Assembly: GCA_017654855.1 (NCBI GenBank)
Contig: CM030332.1
Span: 1,116,001 to 1,180,000, forward strand
Direction of reading: 5' to 3'
DNA length: 64,000 nt
From: Podospora anserina
Taxonomy: Eukaryota
The notes below the pieces were generated by a model that was not told the DNA's origin, ran no database searches, and saw only the letters and a program-made list of their open reading frames with translations. A program made the translations under genes and the position numbers. Below, one piece after another: positions 12,118 through 26,473 of the stretch (its first letter is position 1; each line of letters begins with the position of its first letter).

Positions 12118-15100
12118 TCAAGCACGGAGGTCACCATACCGCGCTTTGTACTCAGCTACCAGCTGGAACTGCTCGGCAACCACCTTGAGAACCTCGTCCA
12201 TCGGTCCCCGCAACGCGCCAAAATTGGACCCTATGCTGCTCTGCGAGACGAGGTGACGCATGTATATCGTGTTGATGCACGTCTGCATAATGTTAGCATG
12301 CATCATACAACATTACGTTTGTTCAAACCAAGACAAGAAACATACCTCGATCCGGCTAACCTGATGATCCAGGAAGTTGACCAAAAAGTCCTCCGACACC
12401 TCTCCTCCCCGTTGCCTCATCCTGTCTAGGAGACCTGTCTCTGGTGGCTGAAGCGCTTTGCTATTATCCTCCAACATACTGCACAACATTTCCAAGCGCA
12501 GAGCCACTCTCCAGAGACTCCATATGTCATCTGGTTCAACCGAAAGCTCGCTCCCGGGGCTCAAGATAGCAGGCCTGATCTCCCTGAGGTCCTGGGCTTG
12601 CTCCTTCTCGTGTTTGCTGTGGGTCTCGATTCTGCCGGAGAGTGCATGGGGATAGAGTGAGTAGATAAACTCGGGGTTTTCCAGGCCCTTTAGCTTCTTC
12701 TCGCCCATGTCCTTGACTTCAAACCCCTGCCCACTCAAGCTGCGCAGCTCACTCCGGATGGCGGTCGCGAAACTGTCTTCATTGAGGTCAACAGCCGTGC
12801 TCGTCGGCTCCTGATAGTGTTCGAGACACCGTTGAATTTCCGCAATGAAGTCAGAAGACACGGCAATCTGTCCGCCATCCGCACAGGCCGAGATACGACT
12901 AGCCTTGTTGACCATCGGGCCATAGTAATCCATCCGGCGAGTGACGGGGTCAGGCTCTGAGAGAGGCTCGCCCCAGTGAATGCCCATGCGCACCGACAGA
13001 CCCTTGAAGATCAGGTTATTATCACGATCGTACACTGGTTGGCAATTGACCGAGTTGTAGAGTTCGGCCGGCCAGTCCAAGTGGAGCAGCTTGCATTGGA
13101 CGGCAAAGCACCACAAGAGAGCTGACGTAGCAGTTGGGAAGGAGACCATGAAAGCGTCACCTTCTGTCTTGACCTCGAAACCACCAATGGTCCTCAGTTG
13201 ACGTCGCATAAGCTCATTGTGATTCTTGATGGCCGTCCTCATGGCTTCGGGATACGTTTCCCACAGTTGTGTCGAGTTCTTGATGTCTGTGAAAACAATA
13301 GCAATGAGACCTGTGGGAGCAGGCACCTCTGCATCGAGTCGTCCAAGCGTCGAGTCCAGAGGGCCATCCCTTGCCTTTCGGGCTCTCCTCATGCCAGTTG
13401 ACGAGCCGCCGTCGTCTTGAAGTGAGGCGTAGACTGGCATGCTCTGCCCCTTGTGCTGCCGTGAGCGCTCCCTTCTTGCCTTAAGGTTGGAAACGCCCAG
13501 CATCTGGACCGTCATCTTGTTCGAGCACCCATACGCCATGGCCAAATCTCGGACTTTTTGAGCTGCACGCATTGGATCCTGGCGCACCGAACGGGTGACA
13601 TCGACAAGGACGTCTTTTGGAAGATACTCCCACACTTCTCTGGTTGCAATCAAGATCATCTCATCATGCTCGCCGATCGTATGTTTCTCGATATTTGGTG
13701 CCGACTGGACAGCGGGCATCAGGTCCAAATAGCCAAAGGCTCGTGATACCTCCAAAAGATCGTTGAGTCGGCCGTTCCGAGATACCCACCCGCCGGCTTC
13801 TCGAATACGCGTGCGCTCGTTGGGGTCAGCAGGATCATGCTTCTTTGTTAACATGACGTGGGTGCTGTCTGATTTGATGATCATTGCCTGTACATCACCA
13901 ACGTTGGCGACATACAGATCCTGGTTCTGAATGTAGACAATCGTGGCGACACCACCCGAGTTCATATCCTCTCTGCTGAGGACAAGAGGGGCCGTCGAGC
14001 CGCGATGCACCATCAAAGACCTGTCCTCGGTGTGTGTGTTTCCGGCGGCAATGAGGTCCTTGTTAAGTGAGAGGAAGGACCGTCTCAGCGCGTCGGCAGG
14101 ATTCTCGGTATTCTTCAGGTCCCTCAACTCCTGAGAGAAGATATGCCCAAAGTTCTCTTGGAGATACTTGGCGATCTTAGAGCCACCACTACTGAGCGCC
14201 TGGCCATCAAACAAACCCAAAAGAGTTTCCGAATCATTCGAGTTGAAGCGCGGGACAACAAGATCGATGGTGGAGAGGTGTTCGTTCTTGCTTCCCAGAG
14301 TGTCGGCCATGCCATAGGGCATGTACCCTGCCAAAGAGCCAGACGTTCTTACACGGCGGTCCTCGCTTTGATCAGGCAGTGTAGAGTTGAGAACCGTCAC
14401 ATCCATCAAACCCAAAACTCGAAGATTGGTTAGTCTACCAAAGTCGGTGTATTGCTCGCGATTCTGAGCTGCCGTGGGAACGGAACTTTGCTTGATCTCC
14501 AGCCGTCTGTTTCCAGACAAATTGAGGTACCGAAGATTGGGATTAAGATTCCAATTCCAATCGTACGGCACATTGGCGATATTGTATTTGAGAGAGTTGC
14601 TGCCGCAGTCAAAAACAGTGAGCTTCTTGGCTCGAGAAATGTCGGCAGGCAAATTAGTGAACTTGTTGCCATTGATGTGGAGCGTCTGCAACATGCTGTA
14701 CTCCTCTAAGTCGTCCGCAGGCAGACTTGCAAGTTCATTCCCTGACAGGTACAGCTCGACCAGTTGTGGCCAGGACTTGATGGAACGCTGTGGCATGTCG
14801 CTCAAGTCGTTATAGGAAAGATTGAGGACACGAAGATTCTCCAGCATACACAGCTGATCGAAACAGTCATCGTCGAGCTGGTTGTCAGCCATATATAGGT
14901 ATCGAAGCGATCCGGCAAAGGTATTAGTTAGTCGCTGTGTATGACTCGAATCTTTCCTAGAGCTGGCTGTCGGCGTCGCCAGGGCGGTGCTGCTCTGTGT
15001 GGTTGATCTGGAGATGACGGAGGTTTTTCGCCCACCCTTCCCATAAACAGACACCATAGAGCTCTTCCTGTCAGCACCCCCTGGAACGGGAGATGGCCCA

Positions 15101-18100
15101 ACGCTGAGCAGGCTACTCGAAGCCTGACTTGGGCGTCTTGAAGGATCGTTGAGCTCCTCGGCGCTTGGTGTCTGAGACAGGGCGCCGGTTGGTGGTCCAA
15201 TTCTGCCAGTTGGGAAGCTCGTATTGCCGTTTGTTTCTCCAGGAGGATGGGGTGCGCGGGATGCGGGTTTTGGAAAATTCTCCAGCACGTTGGAGGATGC
15301 GTTGAGGTAATCCAATTTGTTTGCCCACCACAGCTCCATGGGAAGCTTTCGAATATTGTTGCCCCGAACATCCAGCCGCTTCAATTCGGTCAGGCATCCG
15401 ATCTCGGGAGGCAACTCACCTACCGAGTTGTGCGCAATGCTGAAGTACTCGAGCCTTCGAAGATTACCAATGTGAGCGGGCAGTGAGACGAAGTAGTTCT
15501 TGTCGAGCTCTAACCGTTCCAAGTTGGACATGTTGTGGAACGATTCGTCGATGCTTGCAAGCTGGGCGTTGGACAAGTTGAGAGCCTTGAGGGTAGGAAC
15601 CGGGGCCTTGATCTCAAATTTGGTGATGGGATTCCAATTCAGCTTGATGCTTCTGACCCGTTCGAACGTGCCGCTGAACTGGGAAATGTTGTTGCGGGTG
15701 GCCGAAAGAATCTCTAGTTTGGGCAGCTGGGAGATCACGTCAATATTAGAGATGGCGTTGTACTTGATATCAAGCTCACGGAGACTGCGCAAGTTCTTGA
15801 AAGACGGGGGCAATGAACCAGAGAGCTCATTATTGGTAATGACAAGCCTTTCGAGACTCGTCATCTGGCCGACATTATCTGGTAGGCTTTGGATCGTGTT
15901 GAAGCTCAGATCGAGATCCACAAGATTTTCCAGCTTGGCCAAGAAGGGAGGGAAGTTATTCAAGAGGTTGGAGGATATGTTGAGCGTTCGAAGCACAGCA
16001 AAAGCTTCAAACTCTCTCGGTAGTTGCTTGAGCTTGTTGTTCGCCAGGTTAAGCTTGAGAAGGCCGGTGAGATTGTGAAGAGCCGCAGATTCCAAGCTCT
16101 CCAGACGGTTGTTTGAGGCATCCAACATGGTGAGTCTGCTGGCATATCCGAAGCTCTTGGGCAAAGCTCGAGCCTCGTTGTTGTTGAATTTGATGTCGCG
16201 CAGATTTGGGCACACCGAGATGAAATCTCGCGGGACTTGGAGCGACAAGTTTCTGGACAAGTTGAGAGAGATTATTTCGTTCGCCCTTGGATAGAGTTGA
16301 ACCGGAATGGCAGACAGGCTGCGGCCTGATAGGTCGATGTGGTTGTTTTTCTGGGACCGAAGGAACTCCATTTGATCCATCACTTCATAGCTGTTGTCGG
16401 TGAAGGGGTAGAAAAGGAATCGACACAAGTAGCTGTTGTCTTCGCGGCCGATGTCCTCTATCCTGTCACGCTCTTCGAATCCCACTTGTTCCAAGAGCCG
16501 TTTTTGTAGCAGCAGTGGACGATCGGTGCTTTGGAGGACTTTGTAGAGATCATGTTTCTTCAAGACCAGCTTGAATTTATCCGGATCCTGCAAGTATGAC
16601 TTCTTGACAATTTGGTTGATGAGCTCTGAGACGCTCGTCAGGAGTGGCATCTGCAGGGTCGCAAACGTGCCATCTGCCCTGAACACCCGGATGCAATAGT
16701 TGTGTTGCTTTTCCTCCGGCCTCGGCGGGCTTCCAATGTCCTCTGTGTCTGGGAGCTGGGCCCCGGCGTCGTCATCTCGCAGTACAGCCCAGCTGTCCGG
16801 TGCATTCCATGCCCCATTGGAACTCGGGTAACTGATTGATCCCTTGCCTGAGCCGACCTCGTCAAAGATTTCATGAGCGTTCATGGGGGTGAGCGGCGCC
16901 GGTTTGCTCAAAATACCATCCATATTATTAAGATTGGTGTCGAGGTGAAACACAGTGCCGACATCTTGCCTATCGGTGGGGCCAATAGCTTCGTCCAGGT
17001 CATCCTGCGTCTTGCTTCTAGGGGCCTTTTTGGAAAGGGAAAACTTGTTGAACGTTTGAGGTCCATTAGCTGGACGGGCAAGATCCGGGCGAATACCATC
17101 CCGAACATCAGGCTGGTATTTCCCGTCCGCACCTCGCGCGAACTGGCCGTCAGCTTTGGAGAGCTCTTGTCGGGAGGGCCGGGAATGTAAAGAGGACTGG
17201 GACGCTGGACCGAGTTTCTTCAGATCTGGAGCATCGTCCTTTTCTTTGAGCCTTCTTCCAAGCCGTCCAAGGAAGCTCTTTTTCGGTTGACCGGGTGAGG
17301 TTTGGCCGTCGGTACTACCGCTCTTGTGGCCCCAATAACTACCGGTTGTGCTCGGAGCGGGACTCTGTGCGCGGGACCGGGTGCCGTACATGGTGGAGGA
17401 GCCGTTCCGATCCTTCGGAACGCTTATCGTCGAGTCTTCCCGGCTGACAGTGGGCCGAAGGGACCGAGGATCCTCGTTGCTCTTGTTGTGTCTGTGATGG
17501 TGTCCGGTCAAATGCACACCAATTGAGTGTCCGGAACGGCCCGAACCCGACGTTTTTGGCGGATTGTTTTGCTGGGAGCTATCATTGACGAAGCGTTCGC
17601 GATCCGGCCCACTCAGGATGTCTCGGACGGGTGCTTCTCCGTAGCGCGCGATATCCTAGGATGTGATGGTTAGGTAAACGAAGAACCGCAAGGTAAACAC
17701 GGACTCGGAAGATAATAGTGAGGTGCTGTGGGTTTAAAGACTGCACGGGTCAAATAAAGAAACATGTGCAATGGTAGGGGTAGCAAGATGAGAAGGGGTT
17801 GTAGGGTAGTAGCTTGAGAATGCCGAGACCAGATGTGGGGTTTAAACCTACGTCAGCTTCCTGATACAGGAAAGGCACAACTTCCGGCTTCGGTACGGGT
17901 GTTCGAGGCCTGGAGGCCGGTGATGCGTCCCTGCCGTGATCTGTGGCATTGGAGTAGTTGCGATCCCGATGTGGCCGTGCATGGCTGTAAGAATGCGAGC
18001 GGTGCTCTTTCCCCACGATGGGATGAGAGAGACTGATCTCGGAGGAATCACGACCCGGAAACTCCTCTCCGAAAAACCCCTGGAGCTTTCGAATCCCGCC

Positions 18101-19042
18101 TCTGGCACCACTCGCCCTCGAGCCCTGGCTACTTGCAGTTGTGGTGATGCTCGCAATCGACGGACGTCTTTCATCGGTGAAATACAAGGTTTCTGGGGAT
18201 TCAGTACTCCCGGTCGTCGTTTGGGACGGTCGCGCTGTGGCATTGCGGAGACCCGGCGAAGTTTGCGAGCTAAGTGACAGGTTGTCTGTCGAGTCGTTGA
18301 AAAAGCTAGTGGGTAACGGCCCTGAACTAGCCGGCGTCGGTGCGGCCGCCATCCAGGGCGCGATCTGACTTAGAGAGCCAGAGGACGGGTTGTTTTGTTG
18401 AGTTCGCGATGCCCTTCCTCCGGCGGGGTCGAGGATGGCCAAGTCGCGTCGGTAGTCAGCCAGGTCGCTCATTCGATGTTCGCGAATGGAATTGCTGGAG
18501 GTGATGGAAGAAGGCGAAAGCGCAAGGCGCGAGGTGGAGGTCGGCGAGACTTGAGCATCAGAATCCTTGAAAGACCTGTGGAAGGCACCCGTCAGTTCGT
18601 GTTCGTCCGGGGACCGCGGGGAAAGAAGCAACTTTGGGGAATGAAAGGGAGCAGGCGGGATGAGGTAGAGAGGTAGAGTAGGTCAGGGATGAGAAGTGAA
18701 AGAGCAAGCCGGCGGCGGTCTCGGATAGATGCGTGGTCTCAACTCGGCCAGTGCTCTCTCACTTTTCAGACGGCGTGCTGGCATCAAGTGCGAGACATGG
18801 ACTCACCGACTTAATTGGCCGTTCTCGTCAGTCTTGAGGCGCGAGGGGGCAGCCCTGCGCGAGCCATGAGAAGCGGACCGGGACGCATTGCTGGTTTGGT
18901 TTGAGGAGGCGGCGAAAGGAGAAGAGGATGACGCCGATGGAGGGAGAGAGGGGAGCGGCTTCACAGTGATGTTGGATCTCGCACTGTCGGTGCTGGAGCC
19001 CGTCATAGAGCTGAAGCGGGAACTGGCGTCATTCCGGGGCAT
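12118..19042 (-). CDS. cyr1: Fungal adenylate cyclase (about 2144 aa; RA domain, LRRs, PP2C-like domain, class III cyclase); exons 19042-18807, 18575-17852, 17655-12346, 12282-12118
   Basis: Three GT-AG introns restore one frame. LRR array, PP2C-like region (ANVGD, NGRLNDLLEVSRAFG), and cyclase motifs IVFTDIKNST, EVKTEGDAFMV, VRMGIHWG, DYYGPMVNKASR. Confidence 0.97.
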
Positions 19043-22000
19043 TGTCGCCAGCAACAGGCCGAGCGGGAACAAGGGAACCGATCAACCGTTAGCGGACCAC
19101 GGCCATTCCACGTCTCGGGGGTTATCAGTCTGTCAGGTCATGCCCGCCGGGTCGGTCGCTTGAGGAGTACAGGTCGTCGGCGTCGGGGATGGAAGATGGG
19201 CCGGGCTGAGGTGTTGGTGTTGATGTGGATGTGGATGCTATGGCTGCGATGGCTGACAGCGGTGCCGAGTATATGGATATGCGAGCGGGGACAACAAGTG
19301 TGGAAATCAAGGCTACCTACGGGTTCAGTTCGGCGAGGCACCTCAGTAGTGGCGGACAGTTCTTGGGAATCCTGTCTCGAGAGGATGACGGTGCGAATAG
19401 GCGAAAAGCGTGAGTGAGACGCCCACCCAGGCGGGCACTTCTGGTGGGCATCGGCTGCTGTGGATCTGTGGCCCGGGGCCTCTGTGGATTGTGGGCGCAC
19501 TCAGCAGCGTGGCATGGGGCGCGCTTGTGTGTGCGTCCGGGCGGGCGGTGCGGAGAGGCTCCATCTGCATTTCTTGTGTGCGCACAGCATCAGCAGGGTG
19601 GGGAACCCTGAATCCCATCACCTATGCTAACCAACGGCCTGATCAGAGACATCAAATGGCAAAAATCTTTCTCCAATGATATGGCCCAGCAAACACCAAT
19701 TGGAATTCCGCCAATCGTTATACCTACCTAACCTCCCAACAACAATTGTCCGATATCGAGCAGTCGAGCAGTAGTGTGTACACCAGTACTTGGTCTAGAA
19801 GTTGCTGACGGTGCCCATATCCTGTGATGTATGTATCTGTCACTAAATCTTCTGCTCTTCGTTTACAACCATCTCGAACCTCGATTGATACACCAAATCT
19901 GAAAAGACCGTGCGCTTTCAAGGCTGGACGGGAATCCACCCTCCAGCACGGATTCGCACCCGCGGAACATGACCCCGGGCAGTCAACTCAACCCTGAATC
20001 CCTTCAACCAAACAAGAGCAAGCCCTGCTCTGAGGTAATTGCTGCCACGCGTCCAGCCCTGCGAGATAACAAGATGATTTATTTTAATTAAAATGCGAGG
20101 GAAAATTGCGCATCGTTAGACGGCATCAACTGACGAGCAACGCAATTTGGGACCCAACAGCCTCATACAGAAATAGCCAAGCGCATCTGGACTGTGCATT
20201 TCCCGGCTGCCCATCTGCCAAGGCGCTTCTGGCGCCTCCTGCAATGGTAAAAATACCTAACCCCAAATCGCAGATCTGAATGTCGGTCAAAGTCGGGATT
20301 TCTGAGAGATATTGGTCAGAAGGCTGGTTTTGATATACGGAAGAGTACGGAATGGCCATCTCGGTCACCTCACCACTTGCATCGGACGAGAGCCTGCTGT
20401 CAGAGAGCCTGTTCTTGGTTCCCATTTGGGCCTAGCTATACCCAAAAGGCACAATCAATCTTCTTTGTCGTTCACCAGCCACACAAACTCTCAGACCGCC
20501 ACATCTCCCACTTTCTCGACACCTTGGACAGGCACATCTGGACCCTTATTGCGCCCATGGCACCGCACTTCCCAAGGTGCCGCGCCCGCCCCGGTCCCCA
20601 GATCGATTTGAGAACAATGAATCCATGTTTGAGCCCGCGATCGCTGAGACACCCCACCAGTCTCTGGGATCTCAGCTAGGGGCTCTTTATCTCCTCTCGG
20701 AAGCTCTTCTTCCCATTACCAAAAGCCGAGGAGATAATTCCTTCCTTCTCGGCCCCCTGGGCGTACCGTCATGTGGCTCTTTTGTGATGAGTCAAGCTCC
20801 AGCTCTTGATTTGATATCAAAGCTCACCCCGCACTGTGCTTAGAGCACGCTCCGTCAACCCCTCAACTTTAAGCCTCTAAAGCAGCCAAGATATCCCAAC
20901 GCGGATGTCAGTAACGGCAAAAACGTCTCTCGGAACTTTGGGCGCGGAACCGGAGGCATTCCGGGCGACACAACGACGGATAAAACGGGAGCGGGAAACA
21001 GGGCTAGCATCGGCGCATTATTGTCGGGTTTCTTTGCTCGGCGGGGAGTGGTAGCTCAGTGCCGGAGGCTAGGTGGTTCCCAGTAACCCACGTTGGGTTT
21101 GGTGGGGTAAGGTAAGGGGATCAACTCTGAACAGGACCCCTGAAGATCCCCCTACCCCTCCATCCCACCCGGGGAGTTTTTTTCAGTCAAGTGCATTGCA
21201 TCAGGGACACCAATGGAGGGGTTGGGTTGTTACAGTAGACGAGGTAAGGCTACTGGATATGATTAATAAGGTAAACGTTTTTTTGATGGCTGATGGGGGG
21301 GTATCGTGTCGCGAGAGGTAAGAACAATGCATTATCGGTATGCCAAAAGCAGATAATGCAAAGATGAGCATATCGAAAATACATGAGAAAAAAGAGGTGT
21401 CGCCCACCGTTCATTTGCTCACTTACAGCATGCAAGCAAAGCTCTTGAAGAAATGCAATGCATAAAATAAGACTACATACATATCACATACAACAACCGA
21501 CAGGCCACACTACCGCCGCTGACACATCCGATATATCCACATTCCATTCATCATATCCAAAAATATATGATCTCTGGTAACAGATTGACAAACAAAAAGT
21601 CTTGTTTCCCCAACCCAACCCAACCCCACCTCGGTTGTTTCGGTTCGTTGTGTACTCTACTTCCCGAACCACCTGAAACGTCGAAACGCATTGAAACAAA
21701 CAACAATGGAATGTTTTTTGTGCGTGCGCGAAACACACTCCCAGTGCTTCTCCAGCCGAGGGAGGAGTGTGCGTTGAAACTCCTGCTTTTCGTCCGATGT
21801 TTTATATGGTCAGTGCTTTGGTAAAAAAGGATAGGTGGGTAGCTTGGAAATGGATTGATGGGAGCATGTCATCAAGCATGATTATGGGCTGAGGCGTATG
21901 AGAGCAGTAAAGCTTTGAGCTGATATATCGATCGATGTAAGTGCTATGAAGCAAATAAGAAAATAATGCAATGATATCTCGACATAGTGAGATCCCTCTC

Positions 22001-22127
22001 CCAGAGAATGGCGATACACGTGATACAACAGCCAGCCCAACAACACCAAACACAATTACCAGCAACATCGCCGTCTTCCATACATGTAAAGAAACACCTG
22101 GACCACTTCATCCTACCACACATCCAC

Positions 22128-23900
22128 CTAATCACTCTCCTCCGAATCACTCTCAAAAACCACATCAGCAACCTCATCATTCAACATGTCCCCCACCCAG
22201 CTGCTCCCCTCCAATATCTCCCTCGCCTCCTCCTCTCCAACCTTCATATCCTCCATCACCAACCTCGTCGCCAACTCCGGCACCAACACAGCCTGCAGAT
22301 AGGCCGTATACCCCCTCGCACCAATCAAGCCATCCTCCAACGCCCTCTTCCTCAACACCGAAGAAAACTCGTGAATCAAATTCTCCGACATCTGCCGTAG
22401 CCCCCTGATCCCATAATACCCCGGCGTCAAGTTCTCATTCGACGTCCGCAACGTCTTGTTTTTCCCTCCCTTGATACTTTCCCGAAACCGCGCAGCGTAG
22501 TGCGACTCCTGCTTCCCCTTCAGGATAGATTGAATAAAAGGATAGAGCTTCTCAATCCGATGGTTGAGCTTCCGCCAGTCAATGTCTGGATAGCCATTCA
22601 ACTCCCAGGCTTCTCTCGCGGTGTCTTTCCTGTGTCCGGTGCAGAATATGTGCATGGACTGGACGGTGCGATTTGGGTTGGTCTTTTCGTATTTGGCAAG
22701 GAGGTCGCGGTCGACTTCTCCTTTGCAGAGGGGGCAGACGGACGGTTTGAGGATGGGAGGGAGTTCTACTGGCGAGGAAGGGGCATCCGATAGCGGGGAT
22801 CCTGGCTGGGAAAACTGGTATGTGACTGGTGAGGATCGGTTGAAGTGGTTGTTGTCATTTTCCCGTGTCCTGCCTCTGTTTGTGGCTGCTGTTGGGGTTG
22901 TGGTCCAGTCGATGTCTGCTCTGAGTGGGCTGTCGAGGAGATCCGGTATTCCATGTACTGGGAGTTGTGTAGCTGATTCCGGTGTTTCGTCTAGCGTTGA
23001 TATTCTGTTGGGAAGGCTGCCTCGTGGTTTCGAAGGAGAACTGCCCAGGTGATGTGGAGTAGAAATCGTAGGGGGTCCTGGGTTGGAGTCAGGGGCTGGA
23101 AGAGCCTCTGGCAAGGCTTTGTTCTCATCACCTGAGTGATTGGAGTCGTGATTTTCGTCATCTTGGGAACTCTTGTGCCTCTTAGACTCACGTTGAGATG
23201 TCGAGGTGCGGTCTCGCTTCTTAAATACCCCTGATCCACCGTCGCCGTGTTTCCTTCCGCCATATGTCCTCTGGTTCTTTCTGGGGTTAGGTTGGTCAAA
23301 TATTGGCTTCTCGGTAGTCTGTCCTACTGTTCGGACATCGTCTTTGGGCTTAGGTGCTGCTCCTGAGTTCGGGATGACTATCTTAGAGTCACTGGATACC
23401 AAAACAGCTGCCGAGGCGTCCTGAGCGAGCGTTCGGAAGGTGGTGGGACGAATATGGCCTCTCCCTATCCTGTCGTTGCCATCGTCGTCAGAGCTATCTA
23501 TGGACTCCGTTGCCTTCCTAGCAGTTTTACTTCGCCGAGCGGTTGCTTGGTAGGAGTTCTCTGGGGGCTTCGGGGGACTTGGTATTGGCGAGTCTAGAGC
23601 AAACTGGCCTACTGGAGAACTAGTGATTGCTCCTGGATCATGAGGGGGTTCTTCGACATCAGAGCCCCTTTGGGGGGATGAGAGAGGAGCCGGGAGCATC
23701 AAGGAATCCCTTTCGTTACCTCGGCGTGGTGTCGGTGGGCTATCCGGAAAGCGTCTGGCTGTAGATTCCTGCGAAGTTTGAGATATAGGCTGACCGTTCA
23801 CAAACTGGAAAAGCGGCTCGCCACTTTTTGTCAAGCCAACTGTGCGGCTCCTAAGACCCCAGGGAACCCTGACCTTCGGCTTCCCAGGATTGGTGACCAT
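22128..23900 (-). CDS. RTC4-like domain protein (disordered N-terminus, C-terminal RTC4-type domain)
   Basis: 590-aa intronless ORF. The C-terminus has CPLC..HIFC.GH, GYPDIDW, TPGYYGIRG and YLQAVLVPELATRLVMEDM. Confidence 0.75.
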   Translation of the reverse strand: MVTNPGKPKVRVPWGLRSRTVGLTKSGEPLFQFVNGQPISQTSQESTARRFPDSPPTPRRGNERDSLMLPAPLSSPQRGSDVEEPPHDPGAITSSPVGQFALDSPIPSPPKPPENSYQATARRSKTARKATESIDSSDDDGNDRIGRGHIRPTTFRTLAQDASAAVLVSSDSKIVIPNSGAAPKPKDDVRTVGQTTEKPIFDQPNPRKNQRTYGGRKHGDGGSGVFKKRDRTSTSQRESKRHKSSQDDENHDSNHSGDENKALPEALPAPDSNPGPPTISTPHHLGSSPSKPRGSLPNRISTLDETPESATQLPVHGIPDLLDSPLRADIDWTTTPTAATNRGRTRENDNNHFNRSSPVTYQFSQPGSPLSDAPSSPVELPPILKPSVCPLCKGEVDRDLLAKYEKTNPNRTVQSMHIFCTGHRKDTAREAWELNGYPDIDWRKLNHRIEKLYPFIQSILKGKQESHYAARFRESIKGGKNKTLRTSNENLTPGYYGIRGLRQMSENLIHEFSSVLRKRALEDGLIGARGYTAYLQAVLVPELATRLVMEDMKVGEEEAREILEGSSWVGDMLNDEVADVVFESDSEESD

Positions 23901-24512
23901 CTCGCACCGCAGCCCTGACGATAAACTGAAAGTTCGGTATTTTAGAATTTTGCTCCAGATATGATTTGTTCACAAGTGTCTTCCGCCGCAGGGCGTGATA
24001 TCATCCTGGTCTGCGATTAGATGCCATGTCAAAGAGAACTTCCGAAATAGGTCAACACCTACAAAGCACCCACAAAGCGTGCCTGAGAAATGGTGGGAGG
24101 CCACTTACACACAGGCTGAAGCAAATAGGAATATTTTCTGGAAACGATTTCGAAATGCTTCTCGCTTGAAACTGATCCTGGACCGACCCAGCGACATATA
24201 GGCAGCAGCAGTTTTTGGCGGAGACCCTGGTAGATTTCACTTGTGGAAATTTATCAAAGACGCTCTTTGCAAGCCGCGACTTGGGAGCGCGTCGTGCAGG
24301 GATCCCAAGTTCGCCGGCCCATAACGTTCCACAATATCGGGCCCCACCAGCTCCCCTGTCCACCGCCAGCTAAGCCCAGGCGGGAAACCGTTTGTTTGAC
24401 GTCCCAACATCCACTGTCAACAACCATACGAAGCGGTTGCTCCCAGAGTGCAATTAGAACAGCCAACAGCGCCCAGAAAGTCCGACAGTAAAGGGAATGA
24501 CAGACTAGCACA

Positions 24513-25920
24513 ATGGCTTCCAGCAGGAAATATGCGGCACTTCCAGACTTGGTAACTCAGCCACCGCCCGCCACAAACAAGCCGGCGAAACTAACTGAAC
24601 ATCAAAACGCCAGGATTCCGCACCCGATATTTACGAAACCCCCGAGCTTACTGATGATACTTCTACCATTCCCGTGAGTTGCTGGATAGTGGGGAATTCG
24701 TGGAACCCAAGTGCTGACGGTATATAAAGCCCACAACCGTGCGATCAGCCTCTGACAATGAGTATGACGACGACGACGATGCCGCCGCCATCTCTCGATC
24801 CAGACTCCGGATAGACCAAGCTCGGTCAAAGTTCATGCCGGCTGCCGTGGATCCCTCAGGGGTTGACTTTTCAGACCGTGTCAATGGCAAGCGAAAGTCA
24901 TACAAAGCGTCCAGCAGACGACACCGCGTGTTGGATGATGGAACCGAAGAGCTGGGCGACTTGAGCGACGAGGACGATGCTGGAAGTTTGGCGCGCAAGA
25001 TTGCGCGTTTGAGGCGCGAAATTGAGGAGGCAAAGGAGGAGTACGGCAAACAGAAGGCAGCAGCGGACGAAACTACGGACGAAACTGGTGTTCAAGAGCA
25101 GGAGATTGAGTCTCTGAGCAAAACTCTGGATGAGATGGCTAGACTCGGCGAGCCGCTGGCTCCTCGACCGGTTGCTACACCGACCCCCCGGATCACCAGT
25201 GCTGGCGGGCAGCCAGCAGGAGAAATCAAGGGTACTGCGAGCTATACTATTACCTATGCCCCTGACTACGAACAAACGCATGCTTTGGCTAAAGCAGCCG
25301 ACTTTGACCGCCGGCTTGTGTTCTTGGAGAAGGCATTGGGTGTTGGCTCAGCAGCCATGCCGGAATTTGACTCGAATGGTCTTCCCCGAGCTATTATTCC
25401 CCTGGTTGAGAACCTTCACAAGCAGATTTCAACGTTGTCTGAAGCCTCGACACCCACTCTGGATGCCATCAGCAGGAGGGTCAGGACCTTGACACAGGAG
25501 GCGGAGAATCTGGAGAAGGCCCGTAGAAACGCCAAACAAGCTCAGGAGGCTTTGGCATCTGCGGGAGCGGCACCATCTGGCGAAGGCGCCACACTCGAAG
25601 ACTCGGAGCAGATTGCGAAAGTCAATGCTCTTTACAGTATGATTCCGACCATCGAAAATTTGAGCCCTCTGCTTCCACCCCTGCTGGACCGCCTCAGGTC
25701 GTTGAGGATGATTCACGCAGATGCCGCAACGGCATCTGACACCTTGGCTCAGCTGGAGCAAAAGCAGGCCGAGATGGCCACAGATATTCAGCAATGGAGG
25801 GAAGGGTTGGAGAAGTTGGAGGTTATAATCAACGATGCGAGTGCCTTGAGGGAGAAGAATATGGGGGTGATCTCGGAGTGGGTGAAGGACTTGGAGGGTA
25901 AAATGTCTAAATTGTCTTGA
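24513..25920 (+). CDS. Dynamitin (dynactin p50 subunit); exons 24513-24551, 24614-24673, 24730-25920
   Basis: Spliced N-terminus KYAALPDLDSAPDIYETPELTDD, a VDFSDR motif, coiled coils and LPPLLDRLRSLR.IH. Confidence 0.9.
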
Positions 25921-26473
25921 GCGAGCATTATGCCATAGTGATACCCATGCTTATGACACATCAATGCTGTTTGTTTATCATCTGAGCTACAGATATCAGT
26001 GCTGACCGTGATAGGGTCGGGTGAGTGGGGCTCAGACCTTCGGCAAGCGGGGGCCGGATGCCCGTTATGTATGGGTCTCCATTCAGCCAATCAAGCTCCA
26101 CCAAGCTCTCCCTGCTCAAAGCATAAATTTCTCCAAGAGCTTCCCTTGAGCTTCAAACTTTTCCTTCATTCACATCCCAAAAGAAGCAATTGTTCAAGAG
26201 GCAGTGTCGCAAGCTGCCCATCTCGCATCGCACGCTGATTGCAATGGATTGAGAGCTCTCCGAGAGCCAGGAGAACGGCCTCAAACATCGCCATGGAAGC
26301 TCATCGCACGTGATGGAGCAGCAGCAGCTAGCTGCTCAAAGATTTTTTCTCAAAATCTTTTGATGAAGAGGGGCAGTTTTTCTTCTTCCCCTCCCTCAAC
26401 CATCATCACCACTCTACTTTGGTATGTTTTTTCCCCCTCTTCACTTCCTCAACAACAAACACATCGGTTTAGT

